Shown one piece after another: positions 20,386 to 29,820 of a stretch of DNA of 64,000 nt. This DNA comes from a virus. The position numbers and the translations under genes are program-made. How positions within the stretch are numbered: position 1 is the stretch's first letter; each line of letters begins with the position of its first letter. The notes under the pieces were generated by a model that did no database searches, was not told where the DNA came from, and saw only the letters and a program-made list of their open reading frames with translations. The DNA lies in the IMG/VR virus record IMGVR_UViG_3300036861_000632, positions 29,587 through 93,586 of that record; one strand, 5' to 3'.

Positions 20386-20580
20386 TCAGGTTGCTGACTG
20401 TAATACGGACGACCCGTTCCTGGCTACTTCTTTCGCAAACAAAACGGCAGGCTTGAGGCGATTTGCATTCTTCACCACGTCGCCAGCCGTATCAACCACG
20501 CAATAACGGCCAGATCGCCTGGGTTTCACGTTCTCGCGCAGGCAGATGTTGAGCTTGCCGATGGTGCGGATGATTTTCAT
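20386..20580 (-). CDS. Hypothetical protein
   Basis: ATG at 20580 overlaps the upstream stop. Confidence 0.5.
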   Translation of the reverse strand: MKIIRTIGKLNICLRENVKPRRSGRYCVVDTAGDVVKNANRLKPAVLFAKEVARNGSSVLQSAT

Positions 20581-21026
20581 GTGGCTGGTTCGCCCACCGA
20601 CCAGTCCGGGTCGCCATTGGCGTCCGTCTTGATGCCTGGACGGCCGGGGTAATCCGCAAAGGCCGCCCGGCTGTTTTCGGAGAGCGTAAGGCACTCGATG
20701 TTGTCCAGCGTGTAGCCCTTGGTACTATCCTTGCGGTTGATGGAAAAACAGTGGGCCTTCTTGCCGGACATGATCCGGTAGCCCGTGTCGTGCGCGAACT
20801 TCTCGAATTGCTCGCGGGTCAGCTTGAAGTCGTGCCCGCGTTCCTTCGCGCGATTGCGCAGCTTGGCGAAGGCATAGGAGAGCGGATGATTCTCGCGCCA
20901 CTGACGCGCGCGACATTTGCCGCATTTGGGCGACTTCTCGGACAACTGCACGATGTTCCGGCAGTACTTCGTGCAACACTTCTTGGGGAAGGTTGAGCGG
21001 GGGAGATGGATCAGGGGGCGGGTCAT
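20577..21026 (-). CDS. HNH-like endonuclease with N-terminal Zn finger
   Basis: CCTKYC...CGKC; RAKERG; SINRKDSTKGYTLDNI. Confidence 0.7.
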   Translation of the reverse strand: MTRPLIHLPRSTFPKKCCTKYCRNIVQLSEKSPKCGKCRARQWRENHPLSYAFAKLRNRAKERGHDFKLTREQFEKFAHDTGYRIMSGKKAHCFSINRKDSTKGYTLDNIECLTLSENSRAAFADYPGRPGIKTDANGDPDWSVGEPAT

Positions 21027-21220
21027 GCGGCTTCTTTCGATCTCGCCAGAATGCGTTGAATGTCCAGATCGTTCGCGCAGGCCGCGAGCATCACCCCATC
21101 CGCCTCCGTCAAGTCGCCGTGCGGTGCTTCGAGCAGTTCAAAATAAAGTCGCGCCTTTGCCAGCACGATTTTTTCTCGCGGGGTCATCTCGGCCATTTGT
21201 TTGCGGAAAAAGTCGGGCAT
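21023..21220 (-). CDS. Hypothetical protein
   Basis: ORF immediately after dnaB. Confidence 0.5.
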   Translation of the reverse strand: MPDFFRKQMAEMTPREKIVLAKARLYFELLEAPHGDLTEADGVMLAACANDLDIQRILARSKEAA

Positions 21221-21221
21221 G

Positions 21222-22652
21222 TCAGATGTCACTAGGCACATCGTCGCTGGAGACTTTGGAGGCTGTCTCGAAGCGGGTGAAACTTTTGAGGAAGGTGAAA
21301 TGCAGGTCGCCACAGCAGCCATTTCTTTGCTTCGCTATCAGAAGGTTCACCTGCTCGGTGTCACTGTAAATGTCGCCTTCCTCTGCGTTTGGCCGGTACA
21401 GCAACCCTACCAAATCAGCATCCGCTTCAATCTGGCCAGATTGACGCAAATCGCTGAGTTTCGGCTTTGCGCCCGCCTCTCGTTTTTCGATCTCCCGGTT
21501 TAGCTGGCAGAGAACCACCACTGGAATATTGAGTTCCTTGGCGAGTCCCTTGATCCCGCGGGAGATGTCGGCGGTTTCCTGCTCCTTGTTCTCGGCACGC
21601 CGGTCTGTCGAGTGCAACAGTTGCAGGTAGTCAACGACGAGCAGCTTGATTCCGTGCTGCTGCTGCATTCTGCGGGCCTTGGCGCGAAGTTGCAGGATGG
21701 AAAGCCCGCTGGAGTCGTCGATGTAGATGGGTGATTCGCCGATCTTTCCGGCGGCGTTGGTGATCCGAGGAAAATCCCGCTCCGCGAGGAATCCTTCGCG
21801 CACGTTGCGCACGTTCACCCGGCCGCAGGAACAGATCATCCGCAGGACAAGTGAATCCGCGGTCATTTCGAGGCTGAAAATTCCGACGGGGAGCTTGAGT
21901 TCAAGGGCGACGTGCTCGGCGATATTCATTGCCATCGAAGTTTTTCCAAGACCGGGCCTCGCCGCTATCACAATCATGTCCCCCGGATGCAGTCCCGTCG
22001 TGATCTTGTCGAAATCGCTGAACCCGGTGGACAACCCCGTGACGGCGCCTTGGTTCTGGTGATACTTCTCAATCGTATCGACGGCCTTGTGGACGAGTAG
22101 TTTGATGGGCAGGGTGCCGGTGCCGCGATCGCGCTCCTGACTCAGCTTGAGCACATCGGTTTCAAATTCGTCCAGCACTTCGTCCGTCTCGCCCTGATAC
22201 TCGTAAGCCCGGCCCACGAACTCCGTGCATACGCGGATGGATTTTCGCAGGACGTACTTGTCCCATACGATGTCGAGATAGTATTCAATGGATGATGCCG
22301 ACGGCACGGCGTCGGGCAGGGCGGCGAGATACGAGAGGCCGCCGACGGATTCGAGTTGGTTCTTGTCCTTGAGGCGCTGCGAGAGGGTGACGAGATCAAT
22401 GGTGATCCGGGCGTCGAACATGGCGACCAGTTCATCGAAAACGGTTTGGTGTCGAAGGTCGTATAGCTGGTCGCTGTTCTTGATACGCTCGATGGCGATG
22501 GGCAGGGAGACGGCGGGGTCGAGCAAGAGGCAGCCGATCACGGCTTGTTCCGCCTCGGTTGACGATGGGGGAAGTCTTTCAAGGCGCGAGAGATCAATCG
22601 GATGATCCCCGCGTCGGCGCGAGGCTCTAAGGTCTGTGGGTTCGTCGCTCAT
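21222..22652 (-). CDS. dnaB: Replicative DNA helicase
   Basis: AEQAVIG N-domain, AARPGLGKT, FSLEM, VDYLQL, QLNR, DLRQSGQIEADAD, KQRNG. Confidence 0.97.
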   Translation of the reverse strand: MSDEPTDLRASRRRGDHPIDLSRLERLPPSSTEAEQAVIGCLLLDPAVSLPIAIERIKNSDQLYDLRHQTVFDELVAMFDARITIDLVTLSQRLKDKNQLESVGGLSYLAALPDAVPSASSIEYYLDIVWDKYVLRKSIRVCTEFVGRAYEYQGETDEVLDEFETDVLKLSQERDRGTGTLPIKLLVHKAVDTIEKYHQNQGAVTGLSTGFSDFDKITTGLHPGDMIVIAARPGLGKTSMAMNIAEHVALELKLPVGIFSLEMTADSLVLRMICSCGRVNVRNVREGFLAERDFPRITNAAGKIGESPIYIDDSSGLSILQLRAKARRMQQQHGIKLLVVDYLQLLHSTDRRAENKEQETADISRGIKGLAKELNIPVVVLCQLNREIEKREAGAKPKLSDLRQSGQIEADADLVGLLYRPNAEEGDIYSDTEQVNLLIAKQRNGCCGDLHFTFLKSFTRFETASKVSSDDVPSDI

Positions 22653-22906
22653 TGCTCTTTCCAATTCCTGATGGACAGGAGCCGCCCGGCACCGTCCATC
22701 GTGACCACCTTGGTCAAGCGCAGGGGTACATGCTGAAACGTCGGCAGGTTTTTGTTTCGTGGTCGTGGCACGTCGAAGGAGAACGTGACGTACCAGCGCC
22801 GCCGGGCGGTGTAAATTTCTTCCAAGAGCAGGCGGACGCCGGGGAATACATGCCGGCAGTGATGGCGGGCGAGACGAATGAACTTTTTGGATTCAGGGAT
22901 GGTCAT
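22649..22906 (-). CDS. Hypothetical protein
   Basis: ATGA-coupled on both sides. Confidence 0.55.
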   Translation of the reverse strand: MTIPESKKFIRLARHHCRHVFPGVRLLLEEIYTARRRWYVTFSFDVPRPRNKNLPTFQHVPLRLTKVVTMDGAGRLLSIRNWKEQ

Positions 22907-23808
22907 GGGTTTGTTTTGGCATTCAGTTTCCGTCGGTCGCTTTTTGCCGCTTCCGAATACCAGTAGGCCGGGGTGTTTCCAGCCCCAGGCCACCAAGGAC
23001 GGTAGCCTTCCGGCGCTCTCTGGATTTCCGGCTTAGGTTTGGTGGCGCAGCTTTTCTCCATTCTGCCAAAGCAGTTGAAATCAATGTCCCGCACGTTGGT
23101 CGGTCTGAGCAGATCCAGGATCGTCGATTTCAAGGCGCGGTCGCACTTTCGTTTGAATGGATTGCCGCGCACTTGCAGTTCCGCCCGGTTCATCTTTGGA
23201 AGCACATGGCCGAGTTTATTGGTTCTGAACTGACGCATCCACCACAGCAGGCCACGGCTCAAGTTGTCGCCACTGTCCTTGTGCTCCGGCCTGCGTTTGT
23301 AAAGCCCGAAGATTCTTCCCTTTTTGTCCGGCCCATAGGCGTACACCAGCGTTTCATCTGGATCATCCTTTTTCGTTGTTCCCAGCGTATAGAGTTTGCC
23401 TCCCTCTTGTCGCCACCAGCGCAATGTCCCGGCATCCAATCTGCGGATAAATCGCGCCCGGCCAATGTCGCATTCCAGCTTGACGCCAACCGCCTTGGTA
23501 AAGCGCACACCAAAGCTCAGTTCAATCTGATGCGCGGTGCGGCGCTCCGGCCAGCCGCCCAGGTAGGGAGTGACGCCAAGATACAGCCCTTTGATCGGCG
23601 TGGTCAGGCACCACGACATGAGGTTCTTGTAATCGTCACTGCCCTGGTTCGGCCAGCCAAAGCGGCGCAGCATGTAACAGGCGAGCCACGGGCCGGGCAT
23701 TTCTTCGCCGAAGACTTCCAAGGCCAGCTTCCCGGCGTCTCCCGCGTGGCCGCTGTCCCACCTTGGTTTATCCGGCGCCGAAGTGATGAAGGATGTTTTT
23801 TTGTTCAT
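22903..23808 (-). CDS. Hypothetical protein
   Basis: 301 aa coupled ORF. Confidence 0.65.
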   Translation of the reverse strand: MNKKTSFITSAPDKPRWDSGHAGDAGKLALEVFGEEMPGPWLACYMLRRFGWPNQGSDDYKNLMSWCLTTPIKGLYLGVTPYLGGWPERRTAHQIELSFGVRFTKAVGVKLECDIGRARFIRRLDAGTLRWWRQEGGKLYTLGTTKKDDPDETLVYAYGPDKKGRIFGLYKRRPEHKDSGDNLSRGLLWWMRQFRTNKLGHVLPKMNRAELQVRGNPFKRKCDRALKSTILDLLRPTNVRDIDFNCFGRMEKSCATKPKPEIQRAPEGYRPWWPGAGNTPAYWYSEAAKSDRRKLNAKTNP

Positions 23809-24035
23809 TGGAATTTGCGGTTTAAGGACGCGCCAGTTGAACTTGCCCCCTCAATCAGCCGCACGACCCGCCGCAGGCACCAGACGCAATCGCATTCGCT
23901 GAGTTGGCCGAGGTCTTCCTGCCAGTGCTTGCCGCGCTTGAGCCGTCCGCCGCCGCACAGGGGCAGCCCCGCCTTGGCGATGTGCCGGCGGGCGCGCGGA
24001 GAGTTGATACGGCTGATGAGGTTTAGTCCTGGCAT
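23805..24035 (-). CDS. Small Cys-rich hypothetical protein
   Basis: PLCGG...CVWC. Confidence 0.55.
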   Translation of the reverse strand: MPGLNLISRINSPRARRHIAKAGLPLCGGGRLKRGKHWQEDLGQLSECDCVWCLRRVVRLIEGASSTGASLNRKFQ

Positions 24036-24036
24036 A

Positions 24037-24939
24037 CTACTTTCCTTTTTTGATGATCTTCTGCCTGAGTTCTTCGATCTGCTTGGATAGCTGTTTGATT
24101 TCAGCCGCCGCTTCCGGTTTTATCATGTCGTGAAAGGTGCCCGCCGGCCGGAATGTCTTTTTTTCCTCAATGGCGATTTGTTCTTTGATGCGCGCGATCT
24201 GCGCCTCCATGTCCCGCACTGTGGTTTCGTATAATCGTGGTGATTGCGCAGACAGTTGTTTCTTTTCGTAATTGATCGTCCACTTGGTCAGCGCGGAGGA
24301 AAGTTTGATGTAGTAACCGCCCACCCGCCAGCCGTGCATGTCGTAGTGCGCGAAGAACAACTTGAGTTCCTGATCCGGCAAATCCTTCGCCTCCGGCATG
24401 GCCCTTACCTCGTCCAGCGTGGGAATGGTGAACGGGTTTACGGTCGCATCCGGCGGAACGTATTTCACATCGTCGAGCACGCCGGGGTAAAGTTCCCTGA
24501 AGGTATCCACCAGCCCGTGCTTGTGGAGCAGGCCGATGACGGGACGGTGCGTGGAACAGGTTTGCGTGAGCTTGCCGACGTTCTTCTCCGCTTCCTGATT
24601 CTCGACCTTCCAGGTCAGCCACACGAAGGGGATGAACTTGATGAGCCACCATTTGTTGCCGCGAATTATCATCACCTGCTTGCGCGCCTCGCATTTCTCC
24701 CCGATCAGATGTTCCGGGGGCGCGTTGAGTTCTTCGAGGAACGCCTTCCAGTCGATCTTGCGGGGCGGGTCCGTGCGGTGGAAGCCACAGCGGAACTCGG
24801 CCAGCTTGTAGTTCGGTTCCCACACGCCCGCGGCGTCGCAGGTGCCGCGGATGTACTTGAGGAGCAACTTGGAGTCCGGCATCAAACCCATGAACCATTC
24901 GTCTTCCCACTCCTCGGTGGCGGTCGGGCGCTTTGGCAT
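24037..24939 (-). CDS. Replication initiator (replisome organiser-like)
   Basis: N-terminus KRPTATEEWEDEWF...CDAAGVW and C-terminus FTIPTLDEV...FFAHYDMHGWRVG are typical of phage initiators. Lies upstream of dnaB. Confidence 0.75.
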   Translation of the reverse strand: MPKRPTATEEWEDEWFMGLMPDSKLLLKYIRGTCDAAGVWEPNYKLAEFRCGFHRTDPPRKIDWKAFLEELNAPPEHLIGEKCEARKQVMIIRGNKWWLIKFIPFVWLTWKVENQEAEKNVGKLTQTCSTHRPVIGLLHKHGLVDTFRELYPGVLDDVKYVPPDATVNPFTIPTLDEVRAMPEAKDLPDQELKLFFAHYDMHGWRVGGYYIKLSSALTKWTINYEKKQLSAQSPRLYETTVRDMEAQIARIKEQIAIEEKKTFRPAGTFHDMIKPEAAAEIKQLSKQIEELRQKIIKKGK

Positions 24940-24984
24940 ACGCTATACGCATTGCCGATTTTGGTTGTGTGCGGACATGGCAGC

Positions 24985-25236
24985 TTACGTTGTGATGGCC
25001 TTCTTGAAGACCGGCATGAGTCCGCGCCGGAGATACTTTTCGAGCACGTATTTTTGCGTGACTTTCGGATCGTTGGCGGTCCCGCCCGCCTCGATGTTCT
25101 CGTGCTTGAAGGCCGCGAGCAGCATTTCGCGCACGGGTTCGCTCGCCTCATAGCAGAAGATGAACCGGCCGTCGGGCGTCTTGGAGAACGGCTTTTTGTC
25201 GTTGTTGCGGGAAGATTTCTCCGAATCGGTTGGCAT
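24985..25236 (-). CDS. Small DNA-binding (ribbon-helix-helix-like) regulator
   Basis: Beta strand RFIFCYE followed by two helices; palindrome immediately upstream. Confidence 0.5.
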   Translation of the reverse strand: MPTDSEKSSRNNDKKPFSKTPDGRFIFCYEASEPVREMLLAAFKHENIEAGGTANDPKVTQKYVLEKYLRRGLMPVFKKAITT

Positions 25237-25244
25237 GGGTTTGT

Positions 25245-25262
25245 TAATACAGTTTTGTATTA
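25245..25262. promoter_or_regulatory. Palindromic operator TAATACA-N4-TGTATTA
   Basis: Perfect 7-bp arms, 8 nt upstream of the ATG at 25236. Confidence 0.6.
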
Positions 25263-25284
25263 CCAGCAGGCAATCAAATTGTGC

Positions 25285-25512
25285 TCATGCCGGCGGAATT
25301 CTCCACGGACCTTCCGCGCCGCACTGCTCGCAGCGGAAATTATCGTCCGATTGCTTGTGATCGCAGTTCCAGCAGTGGCAGAAGCCGGGGTTGCGGTTGG
25401 ATGTCCACCTTCCGGGTGCATCGTCGGATACGAACTCGATGTTCAGCCCTGTCCGCCTTGGAGCGTTCCAGCCCAGCCAGCTTTTCAAGCGATTCAGGAA
25501 TTCTAGGATCAC
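25285..25512 (-). CDS. Zn-ribbon hypothetical protein
   Basis: CWNC...CEQC. Confidence 0.55.
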   Translation of the reverse strand: MILEFLNRLKSWLGWNAPRRTGLNIEFVSDDAPGRWTSNRNPGFCHCWNCDHKQSDDNFRCEQCGAEGPWRIPPA

Positions 25513-25775
25513 GGTTTCGCTCCTGTGTTCAGATGGCTTTCGATGACCACCGGCACGATGTCCGCACCGCGATACTTCCCGTCCGCAATCCGGCTGGCCA
25601 TCGTGCGGTCGTCGCGCACGTCGGAAGCTTTGATTGCCTCCGCGGCACCAGTGAACTCCGCCAGTTCCTTCGTGCCGAGATATAGAACGGCAGGCCAGCG
25701 TCCGGTGTCGCCGAAATGGCGGAGTATCCGCTTGTCCACCCGCGAGAAGAATTTTCGGGCTTCGTCGATGGTCAT
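25509..25775 (-). CDS. Hypothetical protein
   Basis: ATGA-coupled ORF. Confidence 0.55.
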   Translation of the reverse strand: MTIDEARKFFSRVDKRILRHFGDTGRWPAVLYLGTKELAEFTGAAEAIKASDVRDDRTMASRIADGKYRGADIVPVVIESHLNTGAKP

Positions 25776-26065
25776 GGGATGAATTGGCTGATGTGGTGCA
25801 TCGTTACGGGTTCGTCGTGCGGGTATTCGTGGGCTTTCGCTTCGGCAAAGGTATAGCGGCCCGCCTCATCAATGCGGTCGGTGTAGCCATTGGCGTTTGG
25901 GCGATAGAATAGCCCGCGCTTTCTGACGACGTAGCACCTCCGGCCCCATATTGTAAGTCGCACTCCAAGCATCGGAATCGGGAAGATGTAGAGGGCGCGC
26001 TTCTTTGAGTCCCAGAACAGGCCAACCCAAAAATCGTACCAGCAAAACAGGGGTTTAATCTTCAC
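25772..26065 (-). CDS. Hypothetical protein (apparently two fused small phage modules)
   Basis: GTG start at 26065. KIKPLFCWYDFWVG segment followed by a YRPNANGYT...AGRY segment. Confidence 0.55.
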   Translation of the reverse strand: MKIKPLFCWYDFWVGLFWDSKKRALYIFPIPMLGVRLTIWGRRCYVVRKRGLFYRPNANGYTDRIDEAGRYTFAEAKAHEYPHDEPVTMHHISQFIP

Positions 26066-26340
26066 AGCAATTCCTTCTGTTCCATCCTCACCCCCGACCG
26101 CTCCAGGCATTTCGGGTGGAAGCGGGCTTCGAGTCTGCCCTTGGTGAAGCGGACTGGCAGGACATCTGCCGCGATGAGTTTGTGACACCACGAACACCAG
26201 CAGCCGTGTCCGCCCGCTTTGGGGCTGTCGATATACCAGTGAATCTTTTCCTCCTCGATGCACTTCGGGCAGATGGCCCAGTTCGGGCCGCGGACAACGA
26301 TGAGGACTCCGGTTTCACGGTTGCATTTTGGACAAGTCAT
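26062..26340 (-). CDS. Zn-finger hypothetical protein
   Basis: CPKC, CPKC, CSWC, HPKC. Confidence 0.6.
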   Translation of the reverse strand: MTCPKCNRETGVLIVVRGPNWAICPKCIEEEKIHWYIDSPKAGGHGCWCSWCHKLIAADVLPVRFTKGRLEARFHPKCLERSGVRMEQKELL

Positions 26341-26528
26341 TTTCGCCGGCAGCAGAATTTGAACTTCTTTCCGCTGCCGCAACCGCACGGCGCATACAGG
26401 CGAATTTGCATGTTGGCTTCTTCGCGTTTGGTGAGGTCGCGTTTTACCGGGATGTATTTTGCGCGCTCGGCTGGCGGCATTCGCTCCAGCTTTGAGGCGT
26501 TCACGAGTTCTCCTGTTTCGATGTTCAT
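26337..26528 (-). CDS. SEC-C motif protein
   Basis: C-terminal PCGCGSGKKFKFCC. Confidence 0.85.
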   Translation of the reverse strand: MNIETGELVNASKLERMPPAERAKYIPVKRDLTKREEANMQIRLYAPCGCGSGKKFKFCCRRK

Positions 26529-26740
26529 TTGATATGCTTCATCCATTCTTCCTCGCCGCTGGCTTTGATGAGCCATTCCTTGAGGACGTTGATTGCATCG
26601 GCACGGTTCATTGACGAGATGTAGGTGAGCCGGTTATTGTCGCCTTCGCCGTATGGCGCGACGAGCAATATGAAGCCGTGGTTATCCGGCAGCTTTGCGT
26701 TGACCGCCTTTGCTGCTTCCTTGAGATATTCCCTGTCCAT
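26525..26740 (-). CDS. Hypothetical protein
   Basis: GFILLV...YISS, a recurrent small phage protein pattern; coupled. Confidence 0.6.
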   Translation of the reverse strand: MDREYLKEAAKAVNAKLPDNHGFILLVAPYGEGDNNRLTYISSMNRADAINVLKEWLIKASGEEEWMKHIK

Positions 26741-27156
26741 TATTTCCCCTCCGATGCGGGCGTCTCGGAGGTGATGTTTTCGGCCGCCCACTTTCGCATC
26801 CGCACCCAACGCTCTCCGGGGGTTTCGATCTGGCGGCAGGCTTCATCATTCATGTAGGCAATCTCCGCCGCCATACAGCGGGCGACTCCGATCTTTCGCG
26901 CTACTGAATCCTGGTCTTCGTAATCGACACGGCTCACGTCGATGGCGCGGGCCTTGCAGACTGCTCCAATGGCACAGCATCCGCCCCGCTCATCAATGAG
27001 TTCTTGAGCAATCAACGCCTTTTCCGGCATGGCGTCCAGCGTCGCGACCAGTTCGCGCAAGAACGCCTGTCCGCGTTGGCCACGCAATGCGCGACTCACG
27101 CTGGCGCGATACAGTTCAACGTTTTCGCAGTCGTCAGAGTATCCACTTCGGCTCAT
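26740..27156 (-). CDS. Conserved phage hypothetical protein
   Basis: MSRSGYSDD...GQAFLREL...ETPGERWVRMRKW. Confidence 0.75.
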   Translation of the reverse strand: MSRSGYSDDCENVELYRASVSRALRGQRGQAFLRELVATLDAMPEKALIAQELIDERGGCCAIGAVCKARAIDVSRVDYEDQDSVARKIGVARCMAAEIAYMNDEACRQIETPGERWVRMRKWAAENITSETPASEGK

Positions 27157-27177
27157 AATTTTGGTCTGGTTTGGGGT

Positions 27178-27447
27178 TTATGCAGGATGCGTTGCCTCGT
27201 GAAAACTCATCGCTGGAAAATGCGGGGGCAGTCCGCCGATGAAGGACAGGAAGATTGGCTGGCCGGCGGCGATCTGAAGTATCTCCTGCGGGGATGGCTG
27301 CCACGCGACCACGACGATCTCTTTGCCGTCAACACAACCGCCGCGCACTTGTCCGACATAGGCATGGAGCCTTGAGCACTGCGATTCATCGAGGTCGGCC
27401 GGCGGGCCGAAGACGGTGTTGGATTCGGGAAATTCGGCGGGGTGCAT
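27178..27447 (-). CDS. Hypothetical protein
   Basis: MHPAEFPESNTVFGPP...WQP; TGATG-coupled. Confidence 0.65.
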   Translation of the reverse strand: MHPAEFPESNTVFGPPADLDESQCSRLHAYVGQVRGGCVDGKEIVVVAWQPSPQEILQIAAGQPIFLSFIGGLPPHFPAMSFHEATHPA

Positions 27448-29234
27448 CAGAATTGGAACAGCCATTCCGCCGCGCGAACGTGGTCCGGCTGCGGATACGT
27501 GATGAGTTCCTTCGAGCGCAGTGCGCCGCGGGGGTTCGTGTAGCCGGTGGACGAATGGCTGTAGCCGGCCAGTGTCGCCGCTTCTTCGTTGGTCATCGTG
27601 TTGGGATGTCCGCTGGCAATGGCGGCAAGAATCCTCCGCTCCGGGCCGCCAAGCTGGCTCAGGACGAAATCAAGGAGCGAACCGTTGAGTTGGAGCGCCG
27701 TGTAATTGCCAAGTCCTTCCTCGGTCAATTGAACCATGTCGGGTTGCGGGTAGTTCACCAAGCCGAGCGACTTGAGGGCACCGCGCGGGTTGGTGTACCC
27801 CGTCGAGGTTGGGCTGTAGCCCGCCAGCCATGCGACCTGACAGTTCGATGGCGCCGGATGCCCCATCGCGCCCCAGGTGGCGAGTGAATTGAGGATGCGT
27901 TGGCCGGGGCCGGTTATCTCCAAGCCTGTTCCATTGTTACCCTCACGCGGGGGAGCCGGCGGCGCGTCGGCCAAGGGCCGCTCTGCACGCACGGTCCCGG
28001 CTCCCCTGATTGCTGGCGTGTATTTGTTCGCCGCAAGATTCGGAAGCTTGGAGAATTTTCCTTCCAACACGGATTTGATCGCAGTCACTTCCGGTTTCAA
28101 CTCGTTCGTGATGCGCGAAAGCGTTTCAAGCTTGGAATAGTGGCCTTCCGCAGCGGCGTAAAGATTCTCAAAAGCAGCAACCAGCTTGGTCAGCCGCTTG
28201 CGCTCGGAAGCCGTGAGCACGGGTTCTTTTACGGTCAGTGTCTTCGTCACCACCTTCTCGCCGCCGGCCGCCTTCTCCAGCTTTGACTTTTCGTGCTTGA
28301 GCCGCGCGATCTCCGCCTTCAACTCGCGCGGGTCGTTCGCCTTCGCTTCTTCAATGACCGTGGCCAGCTTTTTACGCACCTCATCGAGATCGACCGCAGA
28401 CCAACCACTGTCGCTGACTTTGCGCTGAAGTTGTGGCGGAGCGAACGAATCGAACGTGGTGAACATCGGAAAAATCAACCGCTTCGGCCCGAATCCGATT
28501 TCCGGGGACCAGACGTAAGCCTCGCCACGCGCCATGCCCGCAAGCGAATTCAAGACTTCTTTGCCCTTGCTGATGTCGCCGCACCCCTCGATCCAGTCCT
28601 GAACGGCATCACGATCCGCCTTGTGGATCACGCGCATCGCCACAAGTGTTTCACATTGCGTCAAGACATCATTGTGAAGTTTCTGCGGGCGTTGTGTTGC
28701 CAGCAAACAGATCAACCCAAGCCCGCGCCCCTCGCCAAGCAGGGTGTTCGACCAATGCAGGCACATGCCAGCTTCCGGGCTTAGAATTTTCCCCTTGGGC
28801 GCGAAATTGTGAAACTCGTCTCCGACAAGATACAATTCGCCGAGCGTTTTGGCGGCGTAAATCCCCTGTGCAAAATCAATCCAGAACCGCGTGCGGTTGC
28901 CGACCGTCCAGCCACGGAAACCGATTATGCAGGGCCGGTTGCCGGTCACGATCAGTTCCGCAACGAGCTTGCCGGATTGCGCGTTGATGGGAATGTCCGT
29001 CGCCTTTGATTCCTTGAAGTCACCAAAGGCAATCACGTCGAACCCGACCGATTTGCCATCAGCGGATTTTTTCAAACCCCACCAGTCGCCCTTGGGATCT
29101 ATGATGCAGACGCGCTTCTTATGGCTCAACAGGTGTTCGACGATGTGGCGCAACGCGGAGGATTTCCCGGCGCCGGTTTTCCCAAGCACGGCGACGTGCT
29201 GCTTTAGGGTTTCTTCGGGGATGCAGAGGGGCAT
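27447..29234 (-). CDS. HerA/DUF87-like ATPase with duplicated C-terminal wHTH
   Basis: GKTGAGKS, IIDPKGD, DEFHNFAP, TQRPQ. Two repeats of AGYS..STGYTNPRGAL..YPQPD. Confidence 0.85.
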   Translation of the reverse strand: MPLCIPEETLKQHVAVLGKTGAGKSSALRHIVEHLLSHKKRVCIIDPKGDWWGLKKSADGKSVGFDVIAFGDFKESKATDIPINAQSGKLVAELIVTGNRPCIIGFRGWTVGNRTRFWIDFAQGIYAAKTLGELYLVGDEFHNFAPKGKILSPEAGMCLHWSNTLLGEGRGLGLICLLATQRPQKLHNDVLTQCETLVAMRVIHKADRDAVQDWIEGCGDISKGKEVLNSLAGMARGEAYVWSPEIGFGPKRLIFPMFTTFDSFAPPQLQRKVSDSGWSAVDLDEVRKKLATVIEEAKANDPRELKAEIARLKHEKSKLEKAAGGEKVVTKTLTVKEPVLTASERKRLTKLVAAFENLYAAAEGHYSKLETLSRITNELKPEVTAIKSVLEGKFSKLPNLAANKYTPAIRGAGTVRAERPLADAPPAPPREGNNGTGLEITGPGQRILNSLATWGAMGHPAPSNCQVAWLAGYSPTSTGYTNPRGALKSLGLVNYPQPDMVQLTEEGLGNYTALQLNGSLLDFVLSQLGGPERRILAAIASGHPNTMTNEEAATLAGYSHSSTGYTNPRGALRSKELITYPQPDHVRAAEWLFQF

Positions 29235-29235
29235 A

Positions 29236-29820
29236 TTACTTGGCGGCGACAGGGGCGGCTGGCCCTGTCACGGGCGCGGCGGATGCAGGCGCGGGTCTGG
29301 CCGGCACGATCACCGGCGCGGGCCGTGCGACTGCTGGTTTCGGGCCAGGTTTTGCGCCTGCGGCCGTCCGCGTTTTCGGAATGGGCGGGCGGGTGTCAAG
29401 CGTTTCAAACCCGGAGACGACGAGGAAACCTTCGCCGGCTTCTTCGATCTTGAGCGGGCCATGTCCTTTGACGGTTTGAGCGACCGGGTTGTCGCCGGAA
29501 AACCGGAGGCGCAGGCTCTCGCCGGTTGTTTTATACAGCCGGCAGCCCGGCGCGTTGGCTTCCGCCTTTTGGAACAGGATCATATTTGCCGCCCTGTCGA
29601 TCCAAGTGGAGATGATTTGATCGGACGCGAATTCGGTCTTGCTGATGGCAGTGCCGCGAAACGTAAACGCGATCTTATCGTCCGATCTGCTCACGGATAC
29701 GGGGATGGAACTGATAGCCGGGTTTTCAACCAGTTCAAAGGATGGGCGTTTGGGGTGTGGGGTCATAATTTTACAGTGGGTTGGCGGACATTGATCGTGG
29801 TCGCAGGGCGGAAGGTTCAT
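29236..29820 (-). CDS. Hypothetical protein with Pro/Ala-rich tail
   Basis: Coupled ORF, 194 aa. Confidence 0.55.
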   Translation of the reverse strand: MNLPPCDHDQCPPTHCKIMTPHPKRPSFELVENPAISSIPVSVSRSDDKIAFTFRGTAISKTEFASDQIISTWIDRAANMILFQKAEANAPGCRLYKTTGESLRLRFSGDNPVAQTVKGHGPLKIEEAGEGFLVVSGFETLDTRPPIPKTRTAAGAKPGPKPAVARPAPVIVPARPAPASAAPVTGPAAPVAAK

